A DNA stretch of 64,000 bases from an uncultured Planctomycetaceae bacterium (GCA_963815195.1 CAWFGE010000023.1:192001-256000), one strand, 5' to 3'. Shown: positions 53,052 through 63,780, counted from the first letter of the stretch. The notes: generated from the sequence alone by a model not told the origin. Numbers and translations: made by a program.

Positions 53052-54929
53052 TCACCCCGCGGTGGCGTCCAGGTAGCCTTTGGCGGCGAGGGTTTCCAGG
53101 CGGCTCAAGTACTCGGTTCTGGCTTCATCCGTCGAGTTGAAGCGGAGGTTTTGGGAGCGGAGTTCGTCCCCGGCCCGGCCCCAGCGGAGGCGGAGTTTGT
53201 GGCGGTCGAGGGTGATTTGAAAGACATCTTCGCCCGCGGGATGCCGGCGGCTGAAGGTGCGGGTTTCGACGGTGATCGCCGCCCGCGACCGGCCGCCAGC
53301 GGCGCGTTCTTTTTCGCGGACCGCATAAGCCAGGCGGAGGGCGATCAGATGCGGGCAGGGGCCGTGCTGCAGGCCTTGCTTCCTAAAGAAGGTGCACGTG
53401 CACTCGGCTTTGCTCACGCCGCCGTCGTCGTTGACCAACAACTGCGGGCGGTACTCGCGCTTGTCCTCGGCCACGTTGACCTTGCCCGTCAGTTCCAAGC
53501 CGGTGCCGTAGATGCGGTTTTCGGTGGCGATGCTCACGGCGTTTTTGCGAGCGAGCAAATCGTGGGCGAGCCGTTCCCGCTGGTTGCGGTATTCCAGCCG
53601 ATCCAGATGCAGGGGGACATCGGTCAATGGCCGCAGGCGATAGACGTTCCGGGCCAGGTCGAACATCAACTGCCCCTGCTGGCAGCCCAATTGCAAGGCT
53701 TCGTGAAGCGCCTCGCCGGTGAGCTTGGTCGCTTTGGACAAGCCGGCTTCCTCATCGAACCAGACCTGGGAAAGGTGCTTGATGACCGCTTTGAGTTCCT
53801 TGGACTCCTGCGTTTTTCGCGGCAGAAGCAAATCGAAGCTCGCGGCCTCTGACCAGTTCGCGGATGTGAAGCCCGTCATGCCGAGCGTGATCGTCAGGTC
53901 CTCCGACCGGAGCACCCAAAAGCTCGGCAGGCCGCTGCCCAGGATGTGCACCTCGACCCCATCCACAAAAGGCAGCAGCCGCTGCAGAAGCATCAGCCGC
54001 CGCCGGCCCCAGATGCGAACGACTTTCGCCTGCCGGCCTTGATAGATCCCCGCCGACGCGGGCAGCACCTTTTCCCAAGGCTCCAACACGACGACGGGCT
54101 TTTCGCCGGGGATGAGTTCCACCCGCAGGCCGCGGCGTTTGCCTTTTTCGTCCGCGTGCATCCGCAAATGGCGGAGCACGTTGTACAGATCGAGCGGCGA
54201 CAGCGAGAACCGCTCCCGCGGCAAGGTCGCGGCGGACTGCACCTGCAGGAACCCGCGAATCCACGAGTCCGGCACGCGGATGTTTTTTTCGAGGACTTCG
54301 GGCTTCGATTCCGCGGGGGCTTCGGCCGCGTCCTGGGCGATCGTCAGGCTGGTCTCGCGGTAGCTCCGCATTTGCAACAGGCCGTCGAACAGCGTTTGGC
54401 TGAAGTCGATGTTCGTGGTGCCGAAGGCCGGCTCGTTTTTCTGTTCGGTGACCGATTCGAAAGCGTCGCGGGCGATGTTCAAGGAGGCATAGCTGCCTTC
54501 ATCCTTGCTGAAGACTTCCACCAGCACGGCGTCGGGATGCACGGTGATGACCGGATCGAGAATCAGCCACGCCAGCGGATCGTTGCGGGACAGCCATTCG
54601 AAGTAGGCCTGCTGGGCTTCCCACGCGGCGAGGTTCGAGGATTGCTGCTTCATCCGCCGATAGGCCTGGTACGCGGTGCGGTCTTTGGGGACGTAGCGGT
54701 AATCGCTGCCGACGATGGCGTAGATCGCCGCGAGCGCTTCGCGAAACTTGAGCGGATCGCGAATCCGCCCGTCAAAGCGCACCGGATCGCGATGCCGGTT
54801 CCCGAACAACCGGAGTTGCGATTTTCCCTCCGCCGAGACGACCCGGCTCTCGCCCTCGTACGCGAGCGAAACATCCGTCTGATCCGGCGCGGCCGGCTCA
54901 TCCGCTTCGGTGGATTTTTCATCGGTCAT
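53052..54929 (-). CDS. SWIM zinc-finger protein with a C-terminal WGR-like domain (retron type XIII-associated type)
   Basis: CTC-x12-CPH SWIM motif; LDPVITVHPD, SWIRGFLQVQSA, WGRRRL, GSGLPSF and a C-terminal RWGR..AKGY; GAGGA RBS. Confidence 0.85.
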   Translation of the reverse strand: MTDEKSTEADEPAAPDQTDVSLAYEGESRVVSAEGKSQLRLFGNRHRDPVRFDGRIRDPLKFREALAAIYAIVGSDYRYVPKDRTAYQAYRRMKQQSSNLAAWEAQQAYFEWLSRNDPLAWLILDPVITVHPDAVLVEVFSKDEGSYASLNIARDAFESVTEQKNEPAFGTTNIDFSQTLFDGLLQMRSYRETSLTIAQDAAEAPAESKPEVLEKNIRVPDSWIRGFLQVQSAATLPRERFSLSPLDLYNVLRHLRMHADEKGKRRGLRVELIPGEKPVVVLEPWEKVLPASAGIYQGRQAKVVRIWGRRRLMLLQRLLPFVDGVEVHILGSGLPSFWVLRSEDLTITLGMTGFTSANWSEAASFDLLLPRKTQESKELKAVIKHLSQVWFDEEAGLSKATKLTGEALHEALQLGCQQGQLMFDLARNVYRLRPLTDVPLHLDRLEYRNQRERLAHDLLARKNAVSIATENRIYGTGLELTGKVNVAEDKREYRPQLLVNDDGGVSKAECTCTFFRKQGLQHGPCPHLIALRLAYAVREKERAAGGRSRAAITVETRTFSRRHPAGEDVFQITLDRHKLRLRWGRAGDELRSQNLRFNSTDEARTEYLSRLETLAAKGYLDATAG

Positions 54930-55023
54930 GCGTCGGTTCCTCATTCGTGTGCTGTTCAAATCGCTCCCAGTCTGAGCAATCCCAGAAGCCGGGTCAAGCG
55001 GTTGCCGTGATCGATTTCGAGGC

Positions 55024-55127
55024 GATGACCGCTTACTTCGTGCGCGGCTCTCTTTGCAAAAAAGATGACCGCTTACTTCGTGCGCGGCTCTCTTCGCAAA
55101 AAAGAGCCGCGCACGAAGTAAGCGGTC
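55024..55127. repeat. REP cluster (core CCGCTTACTTCGTGCGCGGCTCT): two direct copies and one inverted copy
   Basis: 40-bp period followed by an inverted copy; same core as at 24984 and 57767. Confidence 0.9.
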
Positions 55128-55286
55128 CTTTGCCGGAAAAGGTCGGGGCACCCATCGTGATGACGGTTCCCGATGGACTGGCTCTCTGGAGTTCGCCGTT
55201 GTACGCTGTCGGAATTGTTTGCACCGATTAAGGTCTCAGTCAAAGGCTCAACACCAAAGCTGCCTCACCCCTTGGAAAGATTGCCC

Positions 55287-56447
55287 ATGCCTGGCCCGCG
55301 ATTTGGTTGTTTTCCTCTTGGTTTGGTTCTCGTCCTGGGGAATGGAATCTTCTCCAGCCTCTCCGCGGCAGAGCGGGAATATACGGGGGACGTTCGCGAT
55401 GTGGTCACGATCGACACGCTCGATCCCGAAGGGCCTTACAACAAGATCTGGGAACCCTACATCGCCCAGTGGACGAGCCAGCATTATGTCGCGGCGTATG
55501 GCCTCCAGGTGCGCGGGAAAGGCGACATGGGCGACATCGTGTGCTCGATCACGCGAGACGCCGGCAAGACCTGGAGCCCGCGGATCATGGTGTTCGACCA
55601 CAACCAGCGCAACGGCACGGTGCAGTATGCTTATAACAATTCGATCCTGTTCCGGCCGCCGGGGCAGGATGTGATCTGGCTGTTCGTGATGCGGGCCCCC
55701 ATGCATTACCGCGACAGCGAAAACGCCGACCTCGTCGCGGCCTACACCGCCGACGGCGGCTATTCCTGGCATCCCGTCGAGTTGGCGATGGACTACCAGG
55801 GCTCGCTGGTCACGGTGGCGGGGATCGAAACCGTGGTTCGGGACGGGGTGCCGCATTATTTGTTGCCGGCCCATCGCAACTCCCGCCGGCACGATCCGCA
55901 CGGCGACCGCCGGCAGTTCGTTTTGGAGAGCACGAGCCTCCTGCATTGGAAACTCGCGGGCTATGTGCCTTATGAGGAGAGCCGGCCCGTCTTTCTGCAC
56001 GAAGGCGGCATTGCTCAAGGCGAGAAGCCGGGCGAACTGAAAATCGTCATGCGAACCGCCGACATGGAGCGCGAGCGGCCGCTCGATCCGCCGCTCGCGT
56101 ATTCGTCCGTGAGCCACGACGGCGGCAAAACCTGGTCCACCGCGAAGCCCGAGCCCGACCTGCCCAACTACCGCGCGAAAAGCTTTTATGGGAAAAGCCG
56201 AGATGGCGATTTCATCTATGTCTATAGCAATCAAACCGAGCGACGGGGCCTGTTTTACCAAACCCGCACTGCAAACGGCGACTGGTCGGAGGCCAAGACG
56301 TTCTACGAAGCCGGCAACCGCAACAGCTATCCCACGCTGATCGAAGACCGCCCCGGCCGCTGGCTTACTGTGTGGGACAGCTCCAACGAACCGGGCCAAC
56401 CCCGCACCGCCATCCGCTTCGGCCGCCTCATCACCGGCTCCAAGTGA
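55287..56447 (+). CDS. Secreted sialidase/BNR-repeat glycosidase-like protein
   Basis: Asp boxes TRDAGKTW, TADGGYSW and SHDGGKTW; SYPT motif. Confidence 0.85.
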   Translation: MPGPRFGCFPLGLVLVLGNGIFSSLSAAEREYTGDVRDVVTIDTLDPEGPYNKIWEPYIAQWTSQHYVAAYGLQVRGKGDMGDIVCSITRDAGKTWSPRIMVFDHNQRNGTVQYAYNNSILFRPPGQDVIWLFVMRAPMHYRDSENADLVAAYTADGGYSWHPVELAMDYQGSLVTVAGIETVVRDGVPHYLLPAHRNSRRHDPHGDRRQFVLESTSLLHWKLAGYVPYEESRPVFLHEGGIAQGEKPGELKIVMRTADMERERPLDPPLAYSSVSHDGGKTWSTAKPEPDLPNYRAKSFYGKSRDGDFIYVYSNQTERRGLFYQTRTANGDWSEAKTFYEAGNRNSYPTLIEDRPGRWLTVWDSSNEPGQPRTAIRFGRLITGSK

Positions 56448-56490
56448 CCAAAAACCCCCAAATCAGGCGGGCATCATGGATGTGGTGGAT

Positions 56491-56531
56491 CTTCACAGAA
56501 TCTTAACATTCCGTTCATTGAATGATTCACC
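56491..56531 (+). promoter_or_regulatory. Putative PHO-box array upstream of pstS
   Basis: CTTCACA (56491), CTTAACA (56502), GTTCATT (56513) and ATTCACC (56525), at about 11-bp period. Confidence 0.6.
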
Positions 56532-56610
56532 AAACCGGCTATCTTGAACTTCGGCACCTGAAAACGATGGCCCAAAACCCTCTTAGGAAATAACCCTTTA
56601 AGGAATTCTG

Positions 56611-57672
56611 ATGAAACCTCTTCTGCGAAAAGCCTCCGGTTTGACGCTGGCGCATTGTTTCGCCCTGTTCACCCTCCTCGGTTGCGGGAGTGGTTGCAGC
56701 AACAGCAATCAAAGCGACGACGAGAACCCGGAAGTCAATACGCAACTCGCCGGCGACATCAAGATCAATGGCTCCAGCACTGTGGCGCCGATCAGCATTG
56801 CGGCGTCTTCCGAATTCAAGAAGACGTTTCCCAAGGTCAAAGTCACCGTGGGCAACAAAGGCACGGGCGACGGGTTCAAAATGTTCATCGCGGGCGAGAC
56901 CGACATCTCCGACGCCTCCCGGCCGATCAAGCCCGGCGAATTGGCCGACTTGCGAAAGAACAAGATCGACTTTATCGAACTGCCGGTGGCTTATGACGGC
57001 TTGACCGTAGTCGTGCATCCCGATCTGGCCATCGATCAGGTGACGGTGGAGGAACTCCGAGAGATCTTCGGCAACCAGACCAAGCCCCAAAAATACAGTG
57101 ACGTGAATCCCAACTGGCCCACGGTCGAGATCAAGATCTATGCTCCCGGAGACGAATCCGGGACTTACGACTACTTCAAGGAAGCGATTCTCAAGGGCGG
57201 CGAGATGCGCGGGGATTATTCGCCCAATGCGGACGACAATGCTTTGGTCACGTCCATCGCCGGAACGAAGGGCGCGATCGGGTTCTTCGGGGCGTCCTAT
57301 TACTTCGGGAACAAGGACAAGCTGAAAGCCCTCAAAGTCGTCAATCCGGAAACGAAACAGGCCGTGCTGCCGTCGCCCGAGACCGTGGAGAGCGGCGAGT
57401 ATTCCCCGCTGAGCCGGCCGCTGTTTATCTATGTGAACACCGAAAGCTACAAGAAAGCCCAAGTCCGCGAATTCGTGAAGGAGTACATCAACCACGCGGG
57501 CGAACTGGCGACGAGCGTGAATTACGTGGCCTTGCCCCAGGAAGTCTACGACCGGGCGAAAGAGCACCTCAAGGAAAAGAAAACCGGCACGCACTACGTC
57601 GATGCCGAAGGCAACAGCCGCTCGGGTTCGCTGAAGGAAATCTACAAAGCCGAGAATTTGACTGGGAAATAA
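56611..57672 (+). CDS. pstS: Phosphate ABC transporter substrate-binding protein
   Basis: INGSSTV.P, GTGDG, DASR, SGTYDYF and YSPLSRPLF motifs. Confidence 0.93.
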   Translation: MKPLLRKASGLTLAHCFALFTLLGCGSGCSNSNQSDDENPEVNTQLAGDIKINGSSTVAPISIAASSEFKKTFPKVKVTVGNKGTGDGFKMFIAGETDISDASRPIKPGELADLRKNKIDFIELPVAYDGLTVVVHPDLAIDQVTVEELREIFGNQTKPQKYSDVNPNWPTVEIKIYAPGDESGTYDYFKEAILKGGEMRGDYSPNADDNALVTSIAGTKGAIGFFGASYYFGNKDKLKALKVVNPETKQAVLPSPETVESGEYSPLSRPLFIYVNTESYKKAQVREFVKEYINHAGELATSVNYVALPQEVYDRAKEHLKEKKTGTHYVDAEGNSRSGSLKEIYKAENLTGK

Positions 57673-57766
57673 GCAGGGCCGGACGTTTTAGGTGATCGGG
57701 TTTTGACGCAAAGCTCGCAAAGAGAAGACGCAAAGGCCGCTCAGGACCACGGACAAGAGGCATAAG

Positions 57767-57886
57767 GAGCCGCGCACGAAGTCAGCGGATGTGTGATGCC
57801 GGAATGCAAAACCGCTTACTTCGTGCGCGGCTCTAGGACGACAGCATGCAAAACCGCTTACTTCGTGCGCGGCTCTAGGACGACAG
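57767..57886. repeat. REP cluster between pstS and pstC
   Basis: gagccgcgcacgaagtcagcgg followed by two ccgcttacttcgtgcgcggctctaggacgacag copies. Confidence 0.88.
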
Positions 57887-57955
57887 TCGTTCCTGTCCGT
57901 GCCGAGAATCCCGAACCTTGCGGACGGCCGGCATCTGAGGATTTGACATTGGCAG

Positions 57956-58913
57956 ATGAGTCATTCTGAGCCTACGAAGACTTCTCCATTGGAGAGGCTG
58001 AGCCATCGCTCCGCCTCCGCCCGGCGTTGGGTGCGGATTCGAGAACGCGGCATCGGCGCTGCTGCTCGGATCGGCGGCGTTTTTTTCGGTGCTGACGACC
58101 GCCGCCATCATCGGGATTCTGGCGTTCAATACGGCGAAATTCTTCGGCGTCGAAGGCGTGACGCTTCAGAAGTTTTTTCTGACGACGGAATGGTCGCCTC
58201 GCGAAGCCCACCATTTCGGCGTCTGGCCTTTGATCTGCGGGACGTTGCTTGTGACTGCCGTCGCGATGATGGTCGCCTTGCCTTTGGGGTTGATCACGGC
58301 GATCTTCCTGAGCGAATACGCCCCGCGGAAGTTGCGAGCCATCTTAAAACCCACGCTGGAAATCCTCGCGGGGATTCCCACGGTGGTTTACGGCTTCTTC
58401 GCGCTGACGTTTATCACGCCGCACATTTTGCAGGCGATCGATCCGCGGTTTGACTTGTTCAACGCTTGCGGGGCGGGGATCGCGGTGGGGATTTTGTGTT
58501 TGCCGATCGTCACATCGCTGACGGAAGATGCGCTCCAAGCCGTGCCCCGAAGTTTGCGGGACGCGGGCTACGGCTTGGGGGCGACGCGGTTTGAGGTGTC
58601 GTTGAAGATCGTGGTGCCGGCGGCGCTTTCCGGGATCATTTCCGCTTTTCTCCTGGCGGTGGCCCGCGCGGTGGGGGAAACGATGATCGTCACGCTCGCC
58701 GCGGGTTCCTTGCCTCATTTGACCTGGGACATCCGCGATCAGGTGGAGACGATCACCGGTTACATGGTGCGGATTTCCGGGGGCGACATCGAGCACACGG
58801 GCGCGGTGTATTACTCCTTGTACGCGGTGGCGGCGACTTTGTTTGTAATGACGTTCGGGCTGACTGTCCTGGGCCAAATCGTCCGCCGGCGCTACCAGGA
58901 GGTTTACCGATGA
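57956..58913 (+). CDS. pstC: Phosphate ABC transporter permease (frameshift near 58060-58090)
   Basis: LAGIPTVVYG, EDALQAVP and RAVGETM motifs. Confidence 0.92.
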
Positions 58914-60140
58914 CGACGAAGCCCGCCCTCCTCACCGATCCCAAGTTGCGGGAACAATCGCGGCGGCCCAACGCCGGCCGGCGGCTGAAGAATCAGATCT
59001 TCGTGGTGTTCTGCGCGATGACGGCGTTTTTTTCGATTCTGGTGTTGGCCGTCTTGCTCATCACGATTTTTCAGCAAGGCCTGCCGCATCTGAGTTGGGA
59101 TTTTCTGCAAAAGCGGAGCAGCGAAAACCCGGAAGACACCGGGATCATATCGTCCCTCGTCGGCACGCTGATCGTCTGCGGCTTGTGCGCTCTGATGACG
59201 CTGCCTCTGGGCGTGGCGACGGCGATTTTCCTCACCGAATTCCAGCCCCGCCGCCAATGGGCCAAGCGGGTGCGGGGGTTTATCGAACTCAATATCCATA
59301 ACCTCGCCGGCGTGCCTTCGGTCGTGTATGGGATTCTGGCGCTGACGGCGTTCGTGCGGATGTTCGGCGTGGCGGGCACGCCCGACAGCCCCACCTTCGA
59401 ATTCGGGGCCGACTACTATTACCAATACTTCAACGAAAGCCGATTCGGGATTTGGGTGCCCGTCGAGTCCTATGATTCCCCGCCGCCGAAGATGCGAAAC
59501 CGGGATGGAGGCCCGCACGCCTTCGGGGAAGTCCATCGAACTCAATGTGATTTCCTCGAACGCCCCCTGGCCGGAGGAGGACAAATCTCTCGCCCGGCGG
59601 ACGGTGCGGGAAGACGACGTGGGCGGGCCGCTCCGGGTGCCGAGCTGGTATTATTTCCGCGTGCCCTTCGGCCGGAGCATTCTCGCGATGAGCCTGGCGT
59701 TGATGCTCGTGATCTTGCCGATTTTGATCACGGCGTCGCAAGAGGCGTTGAAAGCCGTGCCCCAATCGCTGCGGGACGGGGCGCTCGGATTGGGGGCGAC
59801 CCGCTGGCAGACGATTCGCCGGGTCACCTTGCCCGCGGCCATTCCGGGGATCATGACGGGCTCGATCATTTCCATGAGCCGGGCCATCGGCGAAGCGGCC
59901 CCGATTGTGATCATCTCCGGGACGATTTTCATGTCGTTCCTGCCGGACAGCCTGATGAGCGATTCCAGCGTGATGCCCCTCCAGATTTTCTATTGGGCCA
60001 AGCAGCCCGAGTCGGAGCAATACACTGTGCAGTTCCGCGACATCGCCGCGACGGGGATCATCGTGCTCTTGGGCGTCTTGCTGCTGTTCAACGCGGCCGC
60101 GGTCTTTTTGCGTCACAAATTGGAAAAACCCCTGTCGTAG
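58910..60140 (+). CDS. pstA: Phosphate ABC transporter permease (frameshift near 59495) with a large loop insertion
   Basis: NLAGVPSVVYG, EALKAVP and RAIGEAAP motifs. Confidence 0.9.
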
Positions 60141-60322
60141 ATGGTAGGCTGTGTAGTCGGATGTGAGTAGATGAATCGACATATCGCAACGGAAACGCCC
60201 TCGGCGGCGACGTCTCGCAAGAGTTTCCTTGAGTTCAACATGACTTCTCCCAGTTCCAAGCCGGCTTCCGATCAGACACGAAAACGGACAACGGCCAAAC
60301 GCCCGCGGCGCCGGCACCGCCG

Positions 60323-61141
60323 ATGTCCTCCGTGAGCCAGGCCCTCAAAAGCAATACGCAGGCTCCCTTCGACTTCGAGGGGGAACTGGGGATCGCGGTG
60401 CACGTGCGGGACTTCAACGCCTGGTACGGCGATTTTCACGTGCTCAAAAACGTCAGCCTCGATCTGCCGGAAAAACGCGTCACGGCGTTCATCGGTCCCA
60501 GCGGCTGCGGGAAGAGCACGTTTCTCCGCTGGATCAACCGCATGAACGACACGATCGACGTGGCCCACGCCCGGGGCACGCTCAGGATGCACGATGTCGA
60601 TGTGCTCGATTCGCGGATGGACGTGGTCGATCTCCGCCGGCGGGTGGGGATGGTGTTTCAAAAGCCGAACCCCTTCCCCAAATCGATCTACGAAAACGTC
60701 GCCTTCGGGCCGCGGCTGCACATGAAAATCTCCGCTGCCGACATGAACGAGTTGGTGGAATGGTCGCTCAAGAAAGCCGCCTTATGGGATGAAGTCAAGA
60801 ACCGCCTGAAATCCTCGGCTCTGGGACTCAGTGGCGGACAGCAGCAGCGGCTGTGCATCGCCCGCGCGATCGCCGTGGGACCGGAGGTGCTGTTGATGGA
60901 CGAGCCGGCGTCTTCGCTCGATCCCAAATCCGCCGCGGCGATCGAAGACCTCATCGCGGAGTTGCGGGAGGATTACACGATCGCCATCGTGACCCACAGC
61001 ATGCAGCAGGCCGCCCGCACGAGCGACTACACCGCGTTTCTCTACGAAGGCGACCTGATCGAGTTCGGCCCCACGCAAAAAATCTTCCACAAGCCGAAGA
61101 AGAAAGAGACGGAAAACTACATCACGGGCCGCTTCGGTTAA
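60323..61141 (+). CDS. pstB: Phosphate ABC transporter ATPase (start may lie further upstream)
   Basis: [26 protein letters not shown] and YITGRFG motifs. Confidence 0.96.
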   Translation: MSSVSQALKSNTQAPFDFEGELGIAVHVRDFNAWYGDFHVLKNVSLDLPEKRVTAFIGPSGCGKSTFLRWINRMNDTIDVAHARGTLRMHDVDVLDSRMDVVDLRRRVGMVFQKPNPFPKSIYENVAFGPRLHMKISAADMNELVEWSLKKAALWDEVKNRLKSSALGLSGGQQQRLCIARAIAVGPEVLLMDEPASSLDPKSAAAIEDLIAELREDYTIAIVTHSMQQAARTSDYTAFLYEGDLIEFGPTQKIFHKPKKKETENYITGRFG

Positions 61142-61146
61142 GTCTT

Positions 61147-61175
61147 CTCGTTCCCAAGCAGAGCTTGGGAACGAG
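61147..61175. repeat. REP-like hairpin / possible terminator after pstB
   Basis: ctcgttcccaagc aga gcttgggaacgag perfect 13-bp stem. Confidence 0.7.
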
Positions 61176-61343
61176 GGGGCCGCTGCGGTTGCAAAGCATG
61201 ATTCTGTGCCCCATGATTCTGTTGTTTCCCCGGGAGTGACCACGCGGCTGTTCTCTGTCTTTCTCGGTGATCACCGCGACCTCCGTGGGAGAACCTTTTC
61301 AGAGTCCTCCATGTGTTGATAGACCGAGTAAAGATTCGAGTGC

Positions 61344-62402
61344 ATGACGGCATTTTTTAAGAAGCGTTGGTTTCTGGTCGCTTTGGCGGTGTTGATTCCT
61401 CTGGGGCTCTCTGGCGGATCGCAGCTTTCCCCGGACGCCGACGCCGCGTGGTGGAATCAGTTGGGGCCGTTCTGGCAGGTCGTGTTCTCGCGATTGCCGC
61501 AGTTGGTGACGCCCGTGGTGCTCTTGCTCATGGCGTTCAGCCTGGACACGCACCATCTGAAGGCGGCGGTGCGGTCGCCGGGGCCGGTGCTGTGGGCGTC
61601 GCTCGTCAACTACGGGGGCATCCCTTTGATGGCCTGGGGCTTAGCGAGCCTCCAGCAAATCCCCGATTTTCAAATGGGATTGATGGTCGCGGGCACGGTG
61701 CCTTGCACGCTGGCGGCGGCGTCGGTGTGGACCCGCAAAGCCCGGGGCAATGATGCCGTCTCGTTGATGGTCACCTTGCTCACAAATACGCTGTGCTTCG
61801 TGCTCACGCCGATGTGGTTGAACCTGACCACCGGCCAAGGCGTGACGCTCGACAGCCAGCAGATGGTGATGCGGCTGTTGGTCATCGTGCTCTTGCCCAC
61901 GCTCGCCGGGCAGGGGATGCGGCAGATTCCCCGCCTGGGCGACTTCGCCACCCGCCGAAAAACGCCCATCGGCGTCGTGGCCCAATCGCTGATTCTGGTG
62001 CTCGTGTTCCTGGCGGCGTTCCGGGCGGGCCGGCAACTTGGGGGCGAGGGACCGAATCCCAGCGCCTTCTCGGTGTTCTTCGTCTGGGGAAGTTGCATCC
62101 TGGTGCATTTGACCGCGATGCTCGTTGCCTGGCTCGGCAGCGGGATGCTCGGTTTCGCCCGCGAAAACCGTGCGGCCATCGTGTTCGCCGGCAGCCAAAA
62201 GACCCTGCCCATCGGCGTGCTGATTGCCACCGATCCCACGATGCTCGGAAATCCCAACCTGCTGGGGGATGGGCTGGGCATTCCGTTCGCGGTGTTTCCG
62301 ATGCTGATGTATCACGCCTCGCAGCTTTTCATCGACACCGTCGTCGCCGACCAGCTCGCCGCCCGCGCGGAAGCCGCCGCGGCGCAAGAACACGCCGCTT
62401 GA
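61344..62402 (+). CDS. Bile acid:sodium symporter family protein
   Basis: PCTLAAASVWT..A.GN, SQKTLP and YH..QL motifs; about 9-10 TM helices. Confidence 0.87.
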   Translation: MTAFFKKRWFLVALAVLIPLGLSGGSQLSPDADAAWWNQLGPFWQVVFSRLPQLVTPVVLLLMAFSLDTHHLKAAVRSPGPVLWASLVNYGGIPLMAWGLASLQQIPDFQMGLMVAGTVPCTLAAASVWTRKARGNDAVSLMVTLLTNTLCFVLTPMWLNLTTGQGVTLDSQQMVMRLLVIVLLPTLAGQGMRQIPRLGDFATRRKTPIGVVAQSLILVLVFLAAFRAGRQLGGEGPNPSAFSVFFVWGSCILVHLTAMLVAWLGSGMLGFARENRAAIVFAGSQKTLPIGVLIATDPTMLGNPNLLGDGLGIPFAVFPMLMYHASQLFIDTVVADQLAARAEAAAAQEHAA

Positions 62403-62456
62403 TGAGAGCTTTCCCATCAAGCAGCGGATGTGTTTTTTGAGACGGTCGCGGGTGAT

Positions 62457-62735
62457 TTATTCGTCGGGAACGTAAGGCAAGAGCCCGATAAAGCGTGCCC
62501 GGAGCACGGCTTTGCGGACGGCCCGTTGATACAGGGCCGACGTTCCGGTGCGGCGGCGGGGCAGAATCCGGCCTTCGCGGTCGATCAGCGACCGGAGCGT
62601 TTTCAAATCTTTATAGTCCACATACACGGGACGCGGGATCGTGCCGTCCGGGCAGAATCGGCATTTGAGCTTTTTTTTGAGCCGAGCCCGCTTTTTGCGG
62701 CGTTTGCGAATTTCCGAGCGATTCATCAAAGCCAT
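62457..62735 (-). CDS. rpsR: 30S ribosomal protein S18
   Basis: [23 protein letters not shown] and LLPY motifs. Confidence 0.95.
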   Translation of the reverse strand: MALMNRSEIRKRRKKRARLKKKLKCRFCPDGTIPRPVYVDYKDLKTLRSLIDREGRILPRRRTGTSALYQRAVRKAVLRARFIGLLPYVPDE

Positions 62736-62889
62736 CAGACAATGTTCCTGCTGGTTGACCGAATTTCGTGGGGAAAAGTGAATTTCGTTATCATAGCAGC
62801 CGATTTCCGTTTTGCAATTCAACCGATTTCGGAAAACCCGGCCCGACCAAATTTTCCGATCTTCTGTCAGATTCTGGACTTACGCAGGC

Positions 62890-63691
62890 CTAGAATCTTT
62901 CCATGAATGAGAGAACGCGGTTTTTGTCCACGGGATTGGCGGATCGGCCTTCGTGTTTGAAAGCGGTCCCGACGATGAACCCCGCTGCCGCGGGCAGAAA
63001 ACTCGCGAGATTGTCCTCCGAAACGCCGCTGCCCGCGAACACCGGCACGTTTCCCGCAAGGGCTTTGACCTCTTGGACTTCCGCCGCGGAGGTTTCCCGG
63101 CCGGTGCCCTGGCCGGAGACGATCAGCCCATCCGCGCCGCCCCGCTCGATGAGGTCGGCTACTTCCTGCTCGAGAGGCTGCCGGGCCAGTGGCGCGGAAT
63201 GTTTGACATCCACATCGGCGAGGATCGCGATCTTCTCGGCCCCCAATCGGACCCGATCCCGAAGCAGATCGTGGGCGATGCCCTGGATCAACCCCTGATC
63301 GGTCACCCGCGCCCCACAGAGGATATTCACCCGCATAAAATTCGCCCCCACCGCCTGGGCAATCGCCAGAGCCGACCGCCCATCATTTCGTAACACATTG
63401 ATCCCCAAAGGCAAATCCGTTTGCGACCGGACCAACCCGGCGAGGGCCGTCATCTGGGCCACCGTCTCGGCCGGAACTCGCTGAGGGTAAAACGGCGCAT
63501 CGCCGAAGTTTTCGAGCATCAAGGCGTGGACGCCGCCGGCGAGAAGCGTCTGGGCATCCGCCAGCACCGCATTTTTCACCGCAGACCGGGTCCCCGCCAT
63601 ACCCGGGACTGCCCGCCAGCGGGGGAAGGTGCACCATTCCAATCACCGCCGGCCGGTTTTCTGCGAGCCATCCCAATCGACTTTCGGACAT
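62890..63691 (-). CDS. BtpA/SgcQ family protein (frameshift near 63600-63640)
   Basis: VIGMVHLPPL.GSP, ENFGDAPF, GINVLRND and DVDVKH motifs. Confidence 0.9.
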
Positions 63692-63780
63692 AAAGGATGT
63701 TTCTGGGAACGGGGACGATCAAGAAAACTTCGGGCCAAACTCCCTCAATGCCTGCGACACGCGAGGGCTTTCCGCTCACG

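Larger units (their letters stand above)
51180..53239. repeat. 556-bp near-identical direct repeat (51180-51735 and 52684-53239)
   Basis: Offset 1504 bp, about 9 mismatches by eye; covers the LRR 3' half and the last ~60 codons of the SWIM gene. Confidence 0.95.

Noticed and set aside
42474..53239. RT plus near-identical repeats as a diversity-generating retroelement
   Set aside because: The RT has retron motifs (NAxxH, VTG, LPQGAPTSP); the repeat differences are few, mostly synonymous and not confined to adenines; no avd-like gene is present.
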